Source: Betaproteobacteria bacterium (GTDB taxonomy: Bacteria; Pseudomonadota; Gammaproteobacteria; Burkholderiales; WYBJ01). From it: 64,000 nt of DNA. The position numbers and the translations under genes are program-made. The DNA lies in the NCBI GenBank assembly GCA_009377585.1, contig WHTS01000004.1:11874-75873 (forward strand), read 5' to 3'. Shown here piece after piece: positions 58,420-64,000 of this stretch. The notes beneath the pieces are model-generated. The model was not told the DNA's origin and did not search any database. It saw only the letters and a list, made by a program, of their open reading frames with translations. Position 1 is the stretch's first letter, and each line of letters opens with the position of its first letter.

Positions 58420-58435
58420 TTCGACCTTGGTCGAA
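58420..58435. promoter_or_regulatory. Palindromic operator-like box
   Basis: TTCGACCTTGGTCGAA; 15/16 identical to the reverse complement of 49283-49298. Confidence 0.6.
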
Positions 58436-58518
58436 CCTGAAATAGACCTCGGTGCAATTGTGTGCGCCGCGCCATGCTCTCAGTATCACAGCGTCATCCA
58501 CTGCAGGAGGACGCTGCG

Positions 58519-58641
58519 ATGTGGGATCTTCTGGTCGCGCTCGCCCAGGTGGTTTCGGCCCTGGCCTTGATCGCCGGCTTCGGGTTGATCGGCTGGTATG
58601 CGTGGTTTCGCTCGTTGGACGATCGTCTCGACGACCGATGA
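58519..58641 (+). CDS. Small single-TM protein (40 aa), not in the ORF track
   Basis: AGGAGG 8 nt before ATG; MWDLLVALAQVVSALALIAGFGLIGWYAWFRSLDDRLDDR*. Confidence 0.65.
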   Translation: MWDLLVALAQVVSALALIAGFGLIGWYAWFRSLDDRLDDR

Positions 58642-58783
58642 GCGCCGCCGCAGCGGGATCCGGGCGGCTGCGCTGCTCGGGGTCCCGCTGGAACATCCGC
58701 CCGCGCTGAAACGGGCACGCTCGACGCTAGCCGGCCAGGGACAGGCCGACAGCCCGGACGCCTGTCCGAAAACAGGAGCCCGC

Positions 58784-59443
58784 ATGTCCAGACCACTGGC
58801 CGGCGACGCCATGGACCAGCCGCTGAACGGCCGCAAGCATTTCAGCATGATTCGCAGTTTTCACCTGGCGGATTTCCTCACGCTCGGCAATGCTGCTTGC
58901 GGCGTGGCCGCGGTGTTGCTGGCGATGCATTACCTGACCAGCCACGACTTGCGCCACTTCTTCGCCGCTGCAGCGATGGCTCCGCTCGCATTCCTGTTTG
59001 ACGTGCTGGACGGAAAGGTCGCGCGCGCGCGCCACACCCATTCGGCGCTGGGACGCGAGCTCGATTCGCTCGCCGACGTGATTTCCTTCGGCGTGGCGCC
59101 GGCCGCGCTCGGATTCGCGGCCGGCTTGAGCGGCGGTTGGGATATCGCGGCTCTGATCTACTTCGTCTGCTGCGGCGTGAGCCGGCTCGCCCGCTTCAAC
59201 GTGACCGCCGAGGCGTTGTCCCAGGGCGGAGCGAAAGTCGCCTATTTCGAAGGCACACCCATTCCGACCAGCGTGATCCTGACCGCGGTGCTGGCCATCG
59301 CCGGCTGGCAGGGGCGTGTGGGCGAGGCGATCTACTGGGGCAGCGTCGGCATCGGCGGCTGGACGCTGCATCCGCTGGTATTACTGTTCGCGCTCTCCGG
59401 CACGCTGATGATCAGCAAGACCTTGCGTATTCCGAAGTGGTGA
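58784..59443 (+). CDS. pssA: CDP-alcohol phosphatidyltransferase (phosphatidylserine synthase type)
   Basis: ADFLTLGNAACG, FDVLDGKVAR, GRELDSLADVISFGVAP, RLARFN, FEGTPIP, LMISK; AGGAG RBS. Confidence 0.88.
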   Translation: MSRPLAGDAMDQPLNGRKHFSMIRSFHLADFLTLGNAACGVAAVLLAMHYLTSHDLRHFFAAAAMAPLAFLFDVLDGKVARARHTHSALGRELDSLADVISFGVAPAALGFAAGLSGGWDIAALIYFVCCGVSRLARFNVTAEALSQGGAKVAYFEGTPIPTSVILTAVLAIAGWQGRVGEAIYWGSVGIGGWTLHPLVLLFALSGTLMISKTLRIPKW

Positions 59444-59450
59444 CGGACGA

Positions 59451-62261
59451 TCACTTCCTGCCGCGTCGCGCCATCGCCGCAAAGATCCGCTGCAATCGCG
59501 CCCGATCGCGCGCTTCGAACACGCCTGCCTGAGCGCATAGATCGCACAACCGTTCGCCCGGATCCTGGGCAGCGGCGCTGACCGCGTTCTTGAACCGGTC
59601 GCGCAGCTGCTTCACCTGCAATGCGAGGCGCTCCGCCTGCAGCTCGGGCGGCGTATCGAGGCCGAGCAGCAGCTCCAGCGCGAGCAAATCTTCGAGCCGC
59701 TGCGAAGCCACCCGCGTCAGGCGCTTGTGGTGATCGCTGGCAACCACCGCATCGCCGAGCGCTCGCAATGCGGCATCGAGGCGCGCATTCATCTTCTGTT
59801 CGCAGGCACCGGAGAGCTTCGGCAGCTCGCTCCACTGCGCGCGCGCCGCTTCGGCCTGCCTGCCCGCCGCGTCCGAATCGAGCTCGTTTTGCAGCAGCGC
59901 ATCGAGCCGCTCGCATAATTGCTCCTTGAGCGCGAGCGTGTCCCACGCCGCCGTCTCGCGCGAGCGCGCGCGCGAACGCAGCAGCGCCTCGACCGCGCCG
60001 AGCGCGTGCCGGTAGCGAGCTTCCAGGCCACGCAGCGCCGGATCGGAGCCGCCGGCTTGCGACTTCCAGCGCGCCTGCAACTCGCGCAGCTCGCGCCGGA
60101 TCAGCTCGTCGCTCTTGTCCGAGGCCTGCGCGAGGCGATCCAGCTCGGTCGCGATGTCTTCCAGCGCGCGCGTGGCTTCCTGTTTGCGGCCGTCGGCCTC
60201 GCTGCGCTTGTCGTGCCGCGCCTTGAACACCGCGTCGCAGGCCGCGCGAAACTCCTCCCACAGCGCGCGCTCGTCGCGCTGCGGCAGCGGCATGGCCTTG
60301 GCGTTTTCCTGCCAGCGAGCCTGGATCGCCTTCACCTGCGAGGGCGCGTCGCGTTCGAGCGCCTTGGCCGCGAGCCCGCGCACCTCTTCGATGAGCGAGC
60401 GCCGCGTGGCTTTTGCCTGCTCGCGCGCTTCGCCCAGCACGCCGCGCAGCGGTGCCAGCGCGGCCTTGAGCCGGCCGTCGAGCTCCTTCCACAGCTTGGG
60501 CTCGATGCTGCCCAGGTCGCCCTCGCGCCACGTGTGATCGGTTTCGCGCAGCCAGCGCTCGATCGCGCGTCGATCGCGCGGCTCCTGCACGAGCAGCACC
60601 GCCTGGTCGGTGGCCGTGGCGATGAACGCTTCGCGCTTGTGCCGAGCTTCCTTGCGACGTACGGCCTGCTCGGCGAAATGGCGCGCAGCCGGAGCGTACC
60701 CCTTTTCGCAGGCGCGGTCGAAACGCTCCCACAGCGCCTTGGGAACGCCCGCGTATTGCTGATCCAGCGCCTTCCATTCGTTGCGCAGCGTCTGCACTTC
60801 CTGCGCGAGCTGGCGCATGTCGCCGCTGAACTGGGCAGCCGCCTCGGCCCGCTCGCACAACTGCACCCGAGCGTTGTGCTGGCCGAAAGCCTGCCAGCGT
60901 TCCAGCTCGACCAGCTGCTGCTGCAGCCGCCCCATGCGCTGCGTGGTCGGCTTCGGCAGTGTTCCCACAGCCACGCGCACGCGCTTCACTTCGTCCGCAG
61001 CCGTGCGCGCCTCTTTCAACTGGCCGGCCGCGAGCGCCAGCTCCGCGGTATGCAGCAAGGCGTGCAGATGCTGGCGGGCGGCGTTCGCTTCCTGCTGCGC
61101 GATCTCGGTGTGCGCGCGCCGCCGCTGCTCGACGGCGATCAGCGCGGCTTCGAAGCGTCGCGTGAAGGTGGGCGTGCGCAGCGAACGGTCGAGCCCTTCC
61201 CAGCGTTTGGGCAAATCGCCATGGTCGATGTAGGTGCCCGCGGCCAGTCGCTCCGCTTCCAGCACGAGCGCCTCGGCATCGGCCCGAGCCGCCACTTCCT
61301 GCTCGATGCCCTGCAAGCGCTCTTCCACCTGCGCCAGCTCCGCGAACACGCGCTCGTGCGACATCGATTCGGCTTCGGTGCGCAGCTCCGCCAGGCGATT
61401 GCGCAGCTCGAGCATGGCGCCCGAGTCGGGTTCGTTCAGCGCCTGCAGCGAGTCGATCCATTCGCGCACGGCGGCCTCCAGGCGGCTGCGCGCGCGCTGC
61501 TCTTCCTGCTCGCGTTCGAAGCGAGCCTGCACGGCGCGCCGGGCGGCCTGCGAGCGCGCGAGGCGCCCTGAATCGCCGTTCATGTCGAGCGCCTGCCAGC
61601 GACGGTTCAAGTCCACCACTTCGGTGAGGATGGGCCCTGGCTTGTGCGCGAGCGCCTCCAGCTCGATCAGGATGACGTCGGCCTCGGCAGCCTGGTCGGC
61701 TTGCGTCTTGATGGCATCGACGCGGCTGCGGGCGAGCCGGTATACGCCGTGATCCTTGTTGCGTGCCGCTTCGGCGAGCCGGTCCAGTGCCTGCGCATCG
61801 TGCACGCGTTCGGCCGCAGCCAGGCGCGTCTCCGCATTGCCCGCGGACAGCGCCAGCTCGATCAATGCCGACGGGTCGCGGATGGCCTCGACCGCCATCA
61901 ACCGGCGCTTCGCATCCGCGGCGCGGCGTGCCGCTTCGACCCGGATGGCATCGTCGGTCTCTTCCGCCTGCAGCAGCTGCTGCGCGATGGCCTCGTCTTC
62001 GGCTCCGGCGATACGATCGCCCAGCGTGGCTGCGATGGCTTCGCGCACCTGACCGTCGGATTCGCTGCGCCACGCCAGGGCGAGCACGGCGAGATCGGTG
62101 CAGCGCTGTGCCGCGGCCATGCGAACCTCGGGCGCAGGATCGCCGGTGAGCAGCGCTTTCAACTCGTCCGATTCCGGCGCCAGCTCGCCGACCGCCTGCG
62201 CGCGCTGCGCGGGTTCCGCGTGTTCGTGCAGTGCGCCGCGCGAAAAGAATCTCGTGATCAT
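59451..62261 (-). CDS. DUF349-type large helical protein
   Basis: Repeated L...W...G/P....LW.RF..AC..F units (ALWERFDRAC, ALWEEFRAACDAVF); helical Ala/Glu/Arg-rich composition. Confidence 0.8.
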   Translation of the reverse strand: MITRFFSRGALHEHAEPAQRAQAVGELAPESDELKALLTGDPAPEVRMAAAQRCTDLAVLALAWRSESDGQVREAIAATLGDRIAGAEDEAIAQQLLQAEETDDAIRVEAARRAADAKRRLMAVEAIRDPSALIELALSAGNAETRLAAAERVHDAQALDRLAEAARNKDHGVYRLARSRVDAIKTQADQAAEADVILIELEALAHKPGPILTEVVDLNRRWQALDMNGDSGRLARSQAARRAVQARFEREQEEQRARSRLEAAVREWIDSLQALNEPDSGAMLELRNRLAELRTEAESMSHERVFAELAQVEERLQGIEQEVAARADAEALVLEAERLAAGTYIDHGDLPKRWEGLDRSLRTPTFTRRFEAALIAVEQRRRAHTEIAQQEANAARQHLHALLHTAELALAAGQLKEARTAADEVKRVRVAVGTLPKPTTQRMGRLQQQLVELERWQAFGQHNARVQLCERAEAAAQFSGDMRQLAQEVQTLRNEWKALDQQYAGVPKALWERFDRACEKGYAPAARHFAEQAVRRKEARHKREAFIATATDQAVLLVQEPRDRRAIERWLRETDHTWREGDLGSIEPKLWKELDGRLKAALAPLRGVLGEAREQAKATRRSLIEEVRGLAAKALERDAPSQVKAIQARWQENAKAMPLPQRDERALWEEFRAACDAVFKARHDKRSEADGRKQEATRALEDIATELDRLAQASDKSDELIRRELRELQARWKSQAGGSDPALRGLEARYRHALGAVEALLRSRARSRETAAWDTLALKEQLCERLDALLQNELDSDAAGRQAEAARAQWSELPKLSGACEQKMNARLDAALRALGDAVVASDHHKRLTRVASQRLEDLLALELLLGLDTPPELQAERLALQVKQLRDRFKNAVSAAAQDPGERLCDLCAQAGVFEARDRARLQRIFAAMARRGRK

Positions 62262-62526
62262 GTGCCAGCCAAGATGCTATTCCCCGGCGCACATTCTACG
62301 ATGCGAGGGGCGTTGTCTCTAGCACCGCGTTGTTTGCGGTGCGCGCGTCCCGTTTCCGATTTCGCCTGCGGCGCGATCGGGCTATGATCGCATGCATGCG
62401 GGCCCGGCGGCAGCGTTCGTCGCTGGCAAAGTACCCAGCGGACAGGGAGCGACGCGAGTCCATGTGCGGCAGCGAGGCCGTCGACCGAAAGCGCAATGCG
62501 GCAGGCACGCCGCCGCGCACACCATT

Positions 62527-63783
62527 TTGAGCACCCTGCTGCGCGCCTCGACGCTGGCGCCGTTTCGCATCCGCAGCTATCGCTTCCAGTGGCCGGCCGA
62601 TCTGGCGACCTCGTGGGCGTTCGAGATGGAAACGCTCATCCTGGGCTGGTATGTCCTGGTCGAGACCGGGTCAGTGCTTCTGCTCACGGTATTCGCCTCG
62701 CTGCAGCATATCGGCACGCTGGTCTCGCCCATGGTCGGCGTGTTCGGCGACCGTGTCGGCCAGCGCAACCTCTTGTGCGCGATGCGCACGGTGTATGCGA
62801 CGCTCGCCACCACGTTGATGATCCTGGCCTTTAGCGGCATGCTGACTCCGGCATACGTGCTCATGATCGCCGGTGTGATGGGGCTCGTGCGTCCCTCGGA
62901 TATCGGCATGCGCGCAGCGCTCGTGGGCGAAACGATGCCGCCCGCGCACATCATGGGCGCGATGAGCATCCAGCGCACCACGCAGGATTCGGCGCGCATC
63001 GCCGGGGCGCTCACCGGCGCGGGACTCGTTGCCGTGCTGGGCATGGGGCCCGCCTACACCGTGGTCGCGAGCCTTTATGTCACCAGCGTCGTGCTCACGC
63101 TGCAGACCGGCGCGCGTCGCGCGCCGCGACATGACGCGCAGCGCGCGGCAGCGCCCTCGCCGTGGCGCGACCTGAAGCAAGGGCTCGTCTACGTGTGGCG
63201 GACGCCGCAGATCTTCAGCATCATGTGCCTCGCCTTCCTGCTCAATCTCACCGCCTTCCCGTTGATGACGGGGTTGATGCCCTACGTCGCCAAGGCGGTC
63301 TTCCAGGCCGATCAGACCTGGCTCGGATACATGGTGGCTTCGGCCGCATCGGGGGCGCTGCTGGGCTCGCTCGTCCTCAGCCGCTATGGCGGGTCGGTGC
63401 GGGCGGGCCGGATGGTGGTCGTGTTTTCGATCGGTTGGTATGCGATGCTGCTGCTGTTTTCGCAGCTCGAAAACCCCGCGCTCGGTCTGGGCGCCCTGGT
63501 GCTCGCAGGCTGCGCGCAGAGTCTGAGCCAGGTGCCGATGGCCGCCATGCTCCTGCGCGGCGCGGACGAGCAGTACCGCGGCCGCGTCATGGGCATTCGC
63601 ATGCTGGCGATCTACGGCAACCTGCCGGGCCTGCTGCTCTCCGGTCCGCTCATCTCGCACTTCGGTTATCCGCTCACGGCAGCTTTGTATTGCCTCGTCG
63701 GCGCCACGCTCATGATCGCGCTGACCGCCTATTGGCGCGCGCATCTGTGGCACCTGGACGCTGCCGCCAATCGGCGCGGATGA
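62527..63783 (+). CDS. MFS transporter (start approximate, TTG)
   Basis: About 12 hydrophobic segments; GVFGDRVGQR motif A; YRGRVMG. Confidence 0.88.
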   Translation: MSTLLRASTLAPFRIRSYRFQWPADLATSWAFEMETLILGWYVLVETGSVLLLTVFASLQHIGTLVSPMVGVFGDRVGQRNLLCAMRTVYATLATTLMILAFSGMLTPAYVLMIAGVMGLVRPSDIGMRAALVGETMPPAHIMGAMSIQRTTQDSARIAGALTGAGLVAVLGMGPAYTVVASLYVTSVVLTLQTGARRAPRHDAQRAAAPSPWRDLKQGLVYVWRTPQIFSIMCLAFLLNLTAFPLMTGLMPYVAKAVFQADQTWLGYMVASAASGALLGSLVLSRYGGSVRAGRMVVVFSIGWYAMLLLFSQLENPALGLGALVLAGCAQSLSQVPMAAMLLRGADEQYRGRVMGIRMLAIYGNLPGLLLSGPLISHFGYPLTAALYCLVGATLMIALTAYWRAHLWHLDAAANRRG

Positions 63784-63840
63784 GCACGGCGAACGACGCG
63801 CCCAGTCGTCGTCGGCCACGGCTGGGTGGCATATCCGGGC

Positions 63841-63999
63841 TCAAGTATCCCGACTGCGGTCGTAACGGGTATCGCGTTTCCATTCGACCATCACCTGCTT
63901 GAAGCCGTCGGCCTCGATTCTCGCTCCCCACGTCTCACGCGTATTGCTGAAATGCCCGGCCAGGCTCATCTCGAAATTGATCTCCATCATGTCGCGCAC
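63841..63999 (-). CDS. 3' end of a hypothetical protein running out of the window
   Basis: Open frame from the edge: VRDMMEINFEMSLAGHFSNTRETWGARIEADGFKQVMVEWKRDTRYDRSRDT*. Confidence 0.5.
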   Translation of the reverse strand: MRDMMEINFEMSLAGHFSNTRETWGARIEADGFKQVMVEWKRDTRYDRSRDT

Positions 64000-64000
64000 G

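Overview
GC-rich chromosomal window that looks betaproteobacterial (judged from clpB, trpS, scpAB, nadC, rhlE and a Bug/TctC receptor). I found no rRNA, tRNA, CRISPR array, integrase or transposase. Housekeeping genes (sat, scpAB, trpS, yciO-like, rhlE, clpB, nadC, pssA) alternate with accessory modules: (i) a lower-GC PEP-CTERM islet between trpS and scpA, holding a PrsT-like TPR protein without a lipobox, a PEP-CTERM protein with a sigma54-type promoter and terminator, and an MBOAT; (ii) an AttEFGH-like ABC/lipocalin trio; (iii) opine-oxidase/HcnABC-like genes convergent with hydantoinase/oxoprolinase A/B and tctC; (iv) a ferritin-like cargo + family 1 encapsulin operon that runs on into ridA and a NUDIX gene; (v) a signalling locus (papain-alpha/beta-hydrolase fusion, hybrid kinase, two small unknown genes, NarL-type regulator with an HTH insertion, B12-radical SAM) tied to a palindrome CGACCTTGGTCG seen three times, including upstream of an unlisted 40-aa membrane peptide 9 kb away; (vi) a translationally coupled APH/MtnK-like kinase - variant enolase - 2-hydroxyacid dehydrogenase operon. 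The enolase has two changed active-site residues and is my best candidate for an undescribed pathway. Intergenic space holds several REP/MITE-like hairpin families. All calls come from reading motifs by eye; no database searches were run.
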